From Octopus bimaculoides (lineage: Eukaryota), in assembly GCF_001194135.2 (NCBI RefSeq), contig NC_068990.1:44942379-45006378 (forward strand): a DNA stretch of 64,000 nucleotides, written 5' to 3'. The notes below the pieces were generated by a model, which saw only the letters and a list, made by a program, of their open reading frames with translations, searched no databases and was not told the origin of the DNA. Numbering within the stretch: position 1 is the first letter of the stretch; each line of letters opens with the position of its first letter. Position numbers and translations under genes: made by a program. Positions 1 to 10,440 of this stretch are shown one piece after another.

Positions 1-660
1 TCTTCAGTAAATATGAGAAAGTCATACCATAAGTTACTTCTAATGAAGATAAATAACAAACATCTTAAATTATTCCACTCAGATAAATGTTGTGATATAA
101 TGCTATATCTCATGAAGATAAACTTTATGACAGATGTATTAGTTATTCCTGCTAGGCAAAAGTTATAAAGCCACATTGTCTTACATCTCATAATGATAAA
201 ACCCATTATAATAGATGTCTTTATTTCACTCTGGTAGCTACTATAGCAGTGTCACATCCTAGGCAAACTTCCAAAATGATATCCTGTTCTACCATTCTAG
301 ATTTAACCCTTTTGTTACCATATTGCTATTGAAATAACACTGCCTTTGTTTCAAATAATTCTGAAGAATAATTTAGTAAAATGACTATGTTATTAAGCTG
401 GTGTTTGGAACATAGATTAACACAAAATTTTGATAGGTTTTAATATGCATCACTTTAAAATGGTAAGTTTGTATCATAGAATCAGGTGCAGCATCAAGTG
501 GGTTAACAACAAAAGGGTTAAATCCTTTAGTTCTTTGCTAATGTGAAAAGTATAGTCCATCTATATCTATCTGTGTAGACTCACAATCAAGTAGAATATT
601 TTTTCATTTACTTACATCATAAATTAACGATAACCACTGGAAGTTATTTAAAATACTCAC

Positions 661-810
661 ATATGGCTCAGAGCTTATCATCTGAAATGTTTCAGTGTCA
701 TCTATTTCCAAAGTTTCATTTGCTTCCTTCAAATGTTGCAGATAGTTGTAGTCATCTTCAAAATAAACGCCATATTTTCTTTGTTCTTCCAATTGCTGCT
801 CTTTCTTATT
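661..810 (-). CDS. LTV1: LTV1 coding exon 3 (150 nt)
   Basis: Acceptor TAG at 811-813, donor GTGAGT at 655-660; encodes NKKEQQLEEQRKYGVYFEDDYNYLQHLKE...SEPY. Confidence 0.93.
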
Positions 811-3038
811 CTATACAATAAAGGTTAGAATTACATTAAATTTTCCAAAAGTTAATCTAGGGGTGAACAAAGAATGCATATTTATACATTGATATAAAAA
901 TTAAGTGTGGATGCAAAAAGATATAACTCTTCTGGAAGGGAACTAAAAGTGAGTATCTGAAAGACTGTTATATCCTTATGGATAAATGAATACACTGCAA
1001 CAGTGTCATAACAATATAATCAAAACAAATGGCAGTAACCACACAGAACATAACAATCTTTTAAAAACCAATAATCCAATACACTAACTCTGAACTCCAA
1101 CTTTGGACTATCAACACACGAACTATGGAACTAGCACGAACTGTGGAACTAGCACGAACTGTGGAACTAGCACGAACTGTGGAACTAGCACGAACTGTGG
1201 AACTAGCACGAACTGTGGAACTAGCACAAACTGTGGAACTAGCACAAACTGTGGAACTAGCACAAACTGTGGANNNNNNNNNNAACTGTGGAACTAGCAC
1301 GAACTGTGGAACTAGCACGAACTGTGGAACTAGCACAAACTGTGGAACTAGCACAAACTGTGGAACTAGCACAAACTGTGGAACTAGCACAAACTGTGGA
1401 ACTAGCACAAACTGTGGAACTAGCACAAACTACTTCACTTACTCAGACCGCTACTATTTATGTTGTGGTCCAGTTCATTCTCGCCAAGAGGTGTCGTACT
1501 CTCGCACAATATAGACTCAATATTTTATAAGCCACATATAAGTTTATATTTATATTTAAAGTACAACCAGGTACAGGCATGATTGTGTACTTAAGAAGTC
1601 CACTTTGAAATCCAATTTGGGTTCAGTCTTGTTCCACAGTAACTCAGACAAGTATCTTCTGCTACAACCTTGGGCTAACAAATGCTCTCGAGAGTGAATC
1701 TGGTACAATGGAAACTGTGCATGTGCAGGCATCTTTGCTGTGCTTGTTTCTCCTGTTTACTGCTCGATCATCATCATCATCATCATCGTTTAACGTCCGC
1801 TTTCCATGCTAGCATGGGTTGGACGATTTGACTGAGGACTGGTGAAACCGGATGGCAACACCAGGCTCCAGTCCGATTTGGCAGAGTTTCTACAGCTGGA
1901 TGCCCTTCCTAACGCCAACCACTCAGAGAGTGTAGTGGGTGCTTTTACGTGTCACCCGCACGAAAACGGCCACNNNNNNNNNNNNNNNNNNNNNNNNNNN
2001 NNNNNNNNNNNNNNNNNNNNNNNNNNNNNNNNNNNNNNNNNNNNNNNNNNNNNNNNNNNNNNNNNNNNNNNNNNNNNNNNNNNNNNNNNNNNNNNNNNNN
2101 NNNNNNNNNNNNNNNNNNNNNNNNNNNNNNNNNNNNNNNNNNNNNNNNNNNNNNNNNNNNNNNNNNNNNNNNNNNNNNNNNNNNNNNNNNNNNNNNNNNN
2201 NNNNNNNNNNNNNNNNNNNNNNNNNNNNNNNNNNNNNNNNNNNNNNNNNNNNNNNNNNNNNNNNNNNNNNNNNNNNNNNNNNNNNNNNNNNNNNNNNNNN
2301 NNNNNNNNNNNNNNNNNNNNNNNNNNNNNNNNNNNNNTTCCTTAAAAGACTGATACCAAACAAATAATGATCCATAATGGTTCAGGCCATCAGAAAATTA
2401 TAAAAATCTATTCAAATACTCACTCAAGGAAAAATAACCAAAATAATTTCTAACTTTGGCTCCTTATGACTCACAATAAAATTTGATCTGAGCACTAGAT
2501 CAAATAAGAGCCACTTGAGCATGGTGAATTGTTCTCTCTCACAGCACCTATTTTCAGACTGTGCAATTAATTAGGGAAAGTTAAGTGCATTTGTCAGAAA
2601 CAGAGCACAGAGTTCATGCTCCATGAACTCTCAACTTTATGGTTACTAGTTCAATTCTCTAACAAAACTTCATTTAAAATAAAGCATTAAAAAAATCCTG
2701 AAATCAATGAACCAGTAAGAAAAGAAAATAATGAAATTGAAACTTACCCTACCAGAAGGCAGTAGTACAAAATGAGAAGCATCTTCAGACACAAGCATAG
2801 GATCTTGTTGACTTCGATGCACAAGATGGAAAGTAACTGCATTCTTTTTGTCGATGAATTTCGTCTTGCGTCTAGGCTAAAAAGAAATTTCAAATCAAAC
2901 TGTTTTATTAAAAAATATACATGTAAGCTACAGATAAATTCAAACCTGTCACTTTTATAAAAGATCTTTGTATTATAAAAGAAATTTGAAAAAAGTAACA
3001 AAGAAAACAATGGTAATGTAAAATGTATGTGCGTTTGT

Positions 3039-3070
<32 letters not shown>

Positions 3071-5937
3071 TTGCTCGTTGAGTACTTCATATAGACTGCA
3101 TTATGAATAAACATTGTTTGGGTTTTTCGACTAAAAATATCCCCATACCTTCAAGGTACATATATATGTACCACCGAGTTTATCAACAGGCTAAGATGGC
3201 ATGCCTTCTTTGATTTGAAAAATAACAGAAAGGATAGTAATAATAGGAATGGAATTAAATCTTAAGGTGGGAAAAACAACTATAACGTCAAAACTTATAG
3301 AAATCCACCATCCAACCCAGTTCTTGTGAATTTTGAAAATGAGCTTATGAGTATGATTTAACGGCTGAAGTTTTCCAGATACACAAATCCTTTCCACAAA
3401 CTCCTGTCTGAGAAAGTCTCTACAATGAAATCATCTCCAGATTTGCACATCCTATCTGATAAGACCAGGAATATTTATTCTGTACCGCCGAGTTTTTATA
3501 ATGACTTGATCCTGAAAGAGCTTAATTCTGGATATAAACATGCAAGCAAAACTGCTTTGGATGAGATTAATGACACTCATCTAGATATCATCTCTAGTTT
3601 GGGCCTACTTGATAGAACTCAACCTTATGCTCCAAAAACTCCCCATTGTCTCTTGAAGGACCATAAGTCTGATTTTTTATCAAATCCTTCAATTAGATTA
3701 ATCTGCCCAACCAAGTCTGATTTGGGCAGAATTAGTAAATATATTATACATCAGATTATTCCCGTTGTGAGGGATAAGGTTCAGCTACCCCTATGAAACT
3801 TTACTGTGGACGTTATCTTATGATTTGACTCCTTTACTGATAAGCCAAATTTAGACTTTATCCAATTTGATATCTCAAATTATTACAATTCCATATCCCC
3901 TGTATTGCTAAATAAGGCTTTGATTTTCGCTCAGAAATTTGCGAATATCTCTAGTTTGGATGTTGATGTAATTTTAGCAGCAAGGGAGACTCTCATCTCC
4001 TACAACGAGCGTAATTGGCAGAGGGCTGCAGAATCTCTAACGTGTCCACAAGTAAAGAGATTTTTGATCAACATGCACCAGTATACAACAACGCTCTAAA
4101 ATCAAGTGGCTTCAAAACTAAAATCTCATATATACCTAACGCGAAATTTAAGAACAAAATGGCTGGTCTACCGCCTGACCATGTCACGGAAAGTCGAGAG
4201 AAATGTAATGCATTTTTTATTGCAACCAATATAAGCCATCAGTTACATATGTATATAAAGATGTTAGGAATAGATACTGGAAGCAAAATAGTGGCAGTGA
4301 GGAGATGAGTAAGACCAAGAGCTCACATTCTAGAATAAGGGAAGTCATATGGTTTGCACCCACTTTTTCTCTTAGGATAAGAAATTTGCCCAAATTGTTT
4401 TTTAAGATTCTGAAGGAGAACTTCCCTAAGAATCATAAATACTACAGCATCTGTAAATAAATCCTCCATCAAATTTTCTTACTCAATAATGCCAAATTTG
4501 GCCTCCATTATTGCTTCTATTAATAGAAACAAATTAAATGGGCGAGTCCACTGGAAGTATTCCTCTGTTGGTAACCCTGGTATTGGGCATGTAAGTTCTA
4601 ATAAGCCTAAGGTTAGTATTACAAACCATTTACTTCCACTGGCCTTATCAACCCCCCGTAATGAGATATCTGAAAAAAAGAATGTGGGAAGCCAGATAAG
4701 TAATGTTAGTATTAGTAATAGGGATATGGGTGGTTCTGGTAAATCTTGTAACTGTAGAAACCCTACATTATGTCCCCTTAACGGATTCTGTCTGACTACT
4801 AATGCCATATATAAATGCGTTGTTAAAGAGGAGGGTAATTTGGATAGGTTTTACATAGGCAGTACTGTCAATTTTAAGGCTAGGTATAGAGCCCACATGA
4901 ATTCGTTTTTGAATTTAAAATATTGTAACTACACTACACTTGCCTCTTATATACATGGTTCAAAGAGGAATAAAAAGAGTTATTCTCTTGAAAGGTCTGT
5001 TATCTCGAGGGCCCCTTATTTTAGAGTTAATAACAAGTGTAAGTTGTGTGTAAGGGGCCTAAAACATTACATAAATTTACAGAGGTGATCCCTTTTTACA
5101 ACCATAAGTTTTCTTCTATTTTTCTGAACATATATAGAAGTAAAATTAGATGTGGTAAAAAATATTTAGTTTTACAGGGTTTTGAAACTGGATAGTTAAA
5201 ATTCCTATTATTAGCAGTCACTTGCACGTTTAGCAATGAGATATTTTTTTTTTCTTTTGTTAGAAAATTTCGACTGGTCTTGTGATGGATTATTATCTTT
5301 AAGTTAGTTAGCCATGCGGCGTTGTAACTCCCGTGAACGAATAATTTGAGATTCCTGTTCATCCTGATGAGGGGGTCATTGCCGAGATGCACCTTAACTC
5401 GTAATCGAACCACGGCAATGAACTCCTGAAATGGCCATAGATGTGTTTGACTTGATTTTGTGGAACTCTTTTACACTCCTGGACTCCAACCTACCATGGT
5501 TTTTATGAAATGAACTTTTTTGACATATATTTTTTTGTTTGAGGGGAGTAAGAAAAATCTTTTTAGTCAATTGATACTTTATTTTATTTAGATTTTTAGT
5601 TGCATGACACGCTTTAGAATTTTTAGTCAACCATATATACCTTCTTAAAAGGCTGTTTTATATATCTGTATTTTTATTTGCATATATATTTTTTATCTTC
5701 CATATTTTTTATATATATGTATTCTTTATATGTTGAAAGGCCATGGTAATATTTATATATGATCAAATGTTTGGAGGCATGGTGTTATGTATGAAGTTGT
5801 TGACTCGAATTTGAGGTTTGTTCTCTGATCAATGTTTTTTCATCCCTGTCTCAATTACATTTGAGCACTTCTTTTTTGCAGTCTTATAAACTCTTTTGTC
5901 ACCATAAAAAGAGGCAAAAATTACCTCGTCATATATG

Positions 5938-5975
<38 letters not shown>

Positions 5976-7283
5976 CACACACACACATACATATGTCACC
6001 AGTTCATTCAACATTTAATTGAGAAGATATATATATATTGAAATAAAGAAGGGACGGTCACAACTGGGACGTATTTGAACATAGGTTTGTTCAATCAGGG
6101 CTGATCTGGGAGTAAACAATATTAACAATCTTGTGGCATTTGGTTGCATCTTTTTACTTCCAGATTGACATAATCGACTATAAAAACTCTTGAAAAATTG
6201 CCGTGCATAAAAGAATGAAAGAACAACTAAAGCGTTAATATTGTGAAAGAACCTAAACTGGTTCTCTATCACCTATTACAGATATTGTTTACAATTAGGA
6301 GAGGAAGGAGACTGTGACAATATGGAAACATCGAGAGATACTTGAACAAGAGATGTCGTCTAGAATGTTATCTTTTAGTTCCGATCGAGCAAATCTAGAG
6401 TCAAAAGCATTCAAGGTATAATCAACCGTTATAATTAGTATATCTCGGGTTATTCAATGTTCTTCCAGTTCTAAAGATAGTATGGTAGTATTGTGCGATT
6501 CGAAGATTTGACTGGTATTTCAGTAAATTTATAGTTTCACACCAGACTCGATTTCGGTAGTAGATAATTTTTTCCCCGCAGTTTTCGGGGGGGGGGCACT
6601 TTTTTCCGCAGAAAACGGAGAGGGTGGGGGTATTTCTAACGGGTTGAATAAATACGACGTAGAGTTGACCTCTTATCAGAATAAAAGACAATCCTAATAC
6701 CCCAGACATTAATGATACTCCCAGCAATGAGGGTGTTCGCTTTTTTTTTTTTTTTTCCCCTCGAAATACTTTTAATCACGACTATTTCTGACATGTGTAG
6801 GGTTTAGTCGATTAAACGAATATTATTGATAATCGCATTAGGTGGGCGTACCTACATGTGCACACTTGCTTCTATGTCATTAAATGAAGGAACAAACTGT
6901 GAAAAGTTACTAAGGCGAAGAACGATGATGGCGCTGAACACGTGTCTAAAAGTCGAGGATCAGGAAATCATCTAAAATGATAAACTATCAACAAACTATA
7001 ACAGATCTTTATTAGAAAGTGAAATATGAGTAAATGAAATGTTTATTTGAAAGTAAATTAAGATTATATAAATATGAAAGTTCAAAAAAAAAAATAACAC
7101 ATTCGTGTACGAGGAAGAATTTTTGGTAGAAGATACGTCTAAAGCTGCAATACTATAAACAGATTAACAACATAGAGAATTACATATGTATATTAACTAA
7201 CATATTAAATTAGAGAGATAAATAAAATTCAATTAAAGTATGAGAACGGGTGTAAAATGATATTAAATAAGTTTACTTACCAT
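661..7283 (-). CDS. LTV1: LTV1 ribosome biogenesis factor homolog, 5' part (coding exons 7281-7283, 2748-2876, 661-810; continues beyond the left edge)
   Basis: Spliced translation M|PRRKTKFIDKKNAVTFHLVHRSQQDPMLVSEDASHFVLLPSGR|NKKEQQLEEQRKYGVYFEDDYNYLQHLKEANETLEIDDTETFQMISSEPY. It matches the LTV1 N-terminal motifs 'KKxAVxFHLVHRSQxDP' and 'EQRKYGVxFxDDYxYLQHLKE'. All introns are GT-AG, phase 0. Confidence 0.93.
1122..1430. repeat. 18-bp minisatellite GGAACTAGCAC(G/A)AACTGT in LTV1 intron 2
   Basis: About 16 visible units interrupted by a small N-gap; source of the TVELAR / NCGTST / VLVPQF ORFs. Confidence 0.97.
1767..1973 (-). mobile_element. 5'-truncated RTE-LINE 3' UTR copy with (GAT)n tail
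   Basis: Matches 9540-9717 and many other copies (about 22640, 32585, 34305, 38575, 41485, 47400, 51640, 52910, 57480, 58400, 62290); ends in GGACGTTAAAC(GAT)n on the minus strand. Confidence 0.85.
2748..2876 (-). CDS. LTV1: LTV1 coding exon 2 (129 nt)
   Basis: Acceptor ttctttttAG, donor GTAAGT; encodes PRRKTKFIDKKNAVTFHLVHRSQQDP...; absent from the ORF track in this frame because it has no ATG. Confidence 0.93.
3103..5630 (+). mobile_element. Penelope-like retroelement (RT plus C-terminal GIY-YIG endonuclease), decayed and internally deleted, antisense in LTV1 intron 1
   Basis: Frameshifted translation: MNKHCLGFSTKNIPIPS..RLRWHAFF..SDKTRNIY..LKDHKSDFLSNPSIRLICPTKSDLGRISK..FIQFDISNYYNSI..MPNLASII..CNCRNPTLCPLNGFCLTTNAIY..RFYIGSTVNFKARYRAH..CKLC. 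(TA)n tracts lie near both ends. The 3' boundary is uncertain (up to about 5935). Confidence 0.92.
5360..5443 (+). ncRNA. Type I hammerhead ribozyme in the Penelope 3' (pLTR) region
   Basis: Stem I CATC 5360-63 / GATG 5440-43; core CTGATGA 5364-70; stem II GGGGTCATTGCCG / CGGCAATGA(A)CTCC; GAAA 5428-31; palindromic stem III A-TGGCCA-T; NUH = AUA, predicted cleavage after 5439. Confidence 0.8.
7281..7283 (-). CDS. LTV1: LTV1 first coding exon contributing only the ATG
   Basis: Minus strand reads cccaaacATG|GTAAGT. Exon 2 starts in phase 0 with Pro and needs only a Met upstream. The site lies in a CpG-retaining region. Confidence 0.7.
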
Positions 7284-7289
7284 GTTTGG

Positions 7290-7600
7290 GTAAAGCTAAG
7301 ATCAACAACGTGCTGGAAAAGCAACTAATTGTATCTCATTTCTAGAGATCTGATCGTGTGACTTACCTCCCTTTATTTAGTTCTGTGTGGATAGATTCAT
7401 TAGTTTTATGAATAAATTAACTGTTAAGAATTCCAATGTAAAAATTAATGGTCAGACATTAAACTCACTAATCTGTGACAGTAAATAGCAACAGACTCGC
7501 TGTCAGAACACAAACCACGTACCCATCGCATACAGGTCGACCGGGTTAACGTTTCTATCTCAAATTAGTACTTATTTTGCACATAGAGAATTAGAAAAAA
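7290..7600 (-). promoter_or_regulatory. Probable LTV1 5' UTR / promoter region
   Basis: Immediately upstream of the ATG exon. CpGs are retained from about 6300 to 7600, whereas most of the window is CpG-depleted. A second donor-like GAG|GTAAGT lies at 7361-7369. Confidence 0.45.
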
Positions 7601-7820
7601 AAATTTGAATGTAAAAGGAATGTTTGAGGCGTTTTGCAATTTAGCCCTTAGTCCTATGTAATACATGTGTGTGTGTGTGTTTTAACAAGAATTGGCAGAC
7701 GTCATACAGTGTCTCGAGGGCCAAGAGTTTCATGCATTGTAACTTAAATACTAAATATATAGTATATACAACAAATGTTGCAATTTGTCATGCTTTTGTT
7801 ATGCCTCCTTCAGCTGCTAC

Positions 7821-7856
<36 letters not shown>

Positions 7857-7892
7857 TACACACACACACATAAAATCTTCAACATTTAATGT

Positions 7893-9717
7893 CTAGCTAA
7901 AGATAAACCCCTATACTTAGCTTTTGTGGACTTGGAGAAAGTCTTTGACAAGGTCCCCCAATCCCTTATCTGGTGGGCAATGCGGAAACTGGAGATTGAT
8001 GAATGGTTAATAAGGGCTATACAGAGAGGCTGTTAGTAAGGTTAGGATTGGCAATGAGTATAGTGAAGAATTCCAGGTAGAAGTAGTCCTCCGGGCAATA
8101 ACAGAGGAATTCAAGACGGGTTGATCCTGAGAGCTCCTCTACGCTGATGACCTGGCCCTCATAGCAGAATCACTACCGGAACTAGAAAAGAAATTCCGGG
8201 TGTGGAAGTAAGGCTTAGAATCAAAAGGCCTTAGAGTCAATGTAGCAAAGACCAAAGTTCTAATAAGTAGGAAGGCGAACTCATCACACACCCCCTCAGG
8301 TAGGTGGCCCTGCTCGATCTGTAGAAAAGGTGTAAGTAGAAACTCTATAAGATGTATCCAGTGTAAGCTATGGACACAAGAGGTGCAGCAACATCAAAGG
8401 ATTAACCGAGAAGATAGCTTTCGTGTGCAGCAGATGCACAGGGGCAATANNNNNNNNNNNNNNNNNNNNNNNNNNNNNNNNNNNNNNNNNNNNNNNNNNN
8501 NNNNNNNNNNNNNNNNNNNNNNNNNNNNNNNNNNNNNNNNNNNNNNNNNNNNNNNNNNNNNNNNNNNNNNNNNNNNNNNNNNNNNNNNNNNNNNNNNNNN
8601 NNNNNNNNNNNNNNNNNNNNNNNNNNNNNNNNNNNNNNNNNNNNNNNNNNNNNNNNNNNNNNNNNNNNNNNNNNNNNNNNNNNNNNNNNNNNNNNNNNNN
8701 NNNNNNNNNNNNNNNNNNNNNNNNNNNNNNNNNNNNNNNNNNNNNNNNNNNNNNNNNNNNNNNNNNNNNNNNNNNNNNNNNNNCAGAGTGAAAGGTAGAT
8801 TGTATGATGCATGTGTGCAAACTGCCATGCTTCACAGCAGTGAAACATGGGCCGTGACTGCGGAGGACATGCATAGGCTCGAAAGAAATGGAGCTAGCAT
8901 GATCCACTGGATATGTAATGTCAGTGTGCACACACGACAGAGTGTAAGCGCCCTGAGAGAAATGCTTGACATAAGAAGCATTGGATGTGGCGTGCAAGAG
9001 AGACGTATGCGCTGGTACGGTCATGTACTACGGATGGGTGAGGAAAGATGTCTGAAGAAGTGCCATTCCCAAACAGTTGAAGGAATCCGGTATAGAGGTA
9101 GACCCAGGAAAACATAGGATGAGGTTGTGAAACACGCCCTTAGAACATTGGGCCTCACAGAGGCAATGACGAAAGACCAAGAGCTCTGGAGATAAGCTGT
9201 GACCGTGAAGACTCGATAAATAAAGTGAGTTCATGGCTGTATCCTACACCAATTTTGCATAACCAGCCCCAGCCCATTCAAAAGTACCTTGGATCGTAGG
9301 ACGACCTGCTGTGCTTACCTTGGATCATAGGGCAACCTGCTGTGCTTGAGGAGACCTATTGAGTCAAGTACATCAACATCAAAATAAAAATCAAATGGAA
9401 ATTGTAGTTGTGATACCTGTGCTGGTGGAATGTAAAAAGCACCATCCGAACATGGCCGATGCCAGCGCTGCCTTGACTGGCTTCCGTGCCGGTGGCACGT
9501 AAAATGTACCAACTGATCGTGGCCGTTGCCAGCCTTCTCTAGTCACTGTGCCAGTGGCACGTAAAAAGCACCCACTACACTCACGGAGTGGTTGGTGTTA
9601 GGAAGAGCATCCGGCTGTAGAAACACTGCCAGATCAGACTGGAGCCTGGTGGAGCCTGGTGCAGCCATCCAACCCATACTAGCATGGAAAACGGACGTTA
9701 AACAGTGATGATGATGT
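7893..9717 (+). mobile_element. RTE-clade LINE, 3' portion: RT, Cys/His finger, C-terminus, long 3' UTR and (GAT)n tail
   Basis: [68 protein letters not shown], with stops, frameshifts and an N-gap; continuous into the UTR shared with the many short copies. Confidence 0.92.
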
Positions 9718-10084
9718 ATGGGTTGAATGATTCAAAAAGAATGGACAAGCCAGATGATTGTGCCAAGGCCCATTGTCTGCACTGGCATGGTTTCTAAAGC
9801 TGGATGCCCTTCCTAACACCAACCATTTTACAGAAAGTATTAGGTGCTTTTTTCATGGCACCAGCACAAGTAACTTACAAGACAAGACGCCATCAATTGA
9901 GGGAGGTGGTTTTATGCCAGGTGTGGAAAGGTTAAAGTATGGCACAGGGACAAAAATAGATGTCTTGGTGTAGAAAAGATATATGGTTACCCCAAATCTT
10001 CAGTGATAATGGTCTGAACTGAGCCGTAAGTAATTTGCACATCCTCTGATAACACATGAATAGTGATTCAACGATCCCCCCCCC

Positions 10085-10440
10085 CCACAGCTGCATGCAC
10101 ATCTGCAATGTTTTTCTCTGTTCTGTTGGTTGCGGGTCTCTCAGAATGTTCGTCAATATCGACATTTTCTCAGCCATCTTGGAAACATCTGAACCACTTG
10201 TACACTTGTGTGCAACTCATACACTCCTCTCTATACACATTCTGCAACTTTGTGTAGGCCTCTGAGCAGGTATCATCATAACAGCTTTCTCTGTCATGGT
10301 CAATGCGATGATCACATGCTACACAACTTCCTTCCGAGCACTGTTGTAAAAAGCAGAAGTGAGCTAGAATATTAAAACTTAGTGCGCATGCACAACAGAG
10401 TTTAAGGTCAATCTGTGTCAAGTAGCTTCAACCTGTGTGC
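10085..10440 (-). mobile_element. mariner transposase N-terminal (HTH) fragment
   Basis: Minus strand EAYTKLQNVYREECMSCTQVYKWFRCFQDG*ENVDIDEHSERPATNRTEKNIADV resembles the mariner '[34 protein letters not shown]' motif. Confidence 0.8.

Noticed and set aside
1122-1430. Possible CRISPR-like array
   Set aside because: Units abut with no unique spacers, and the context is eukaryotic with no cas genes; the same applies to 34612-34686
1061-1530. ORFs of 64-129 aa with TVELAR / NCGTST / VLVPQF repeats
   Set aside because: Products of an 18-bp intronic minisatellite; no splice or homology support
1-7280. Intronic snoRNAs in LTV1, plausible for a ribosome-biogenesis host gene
   Set aside because: No convincing sense-strand C box (RTGATGA) / D box (CTGA) pair with a terminal stem found by eye; H/ACA types cannot be excluded without snoscan, snoGPS or Infernal
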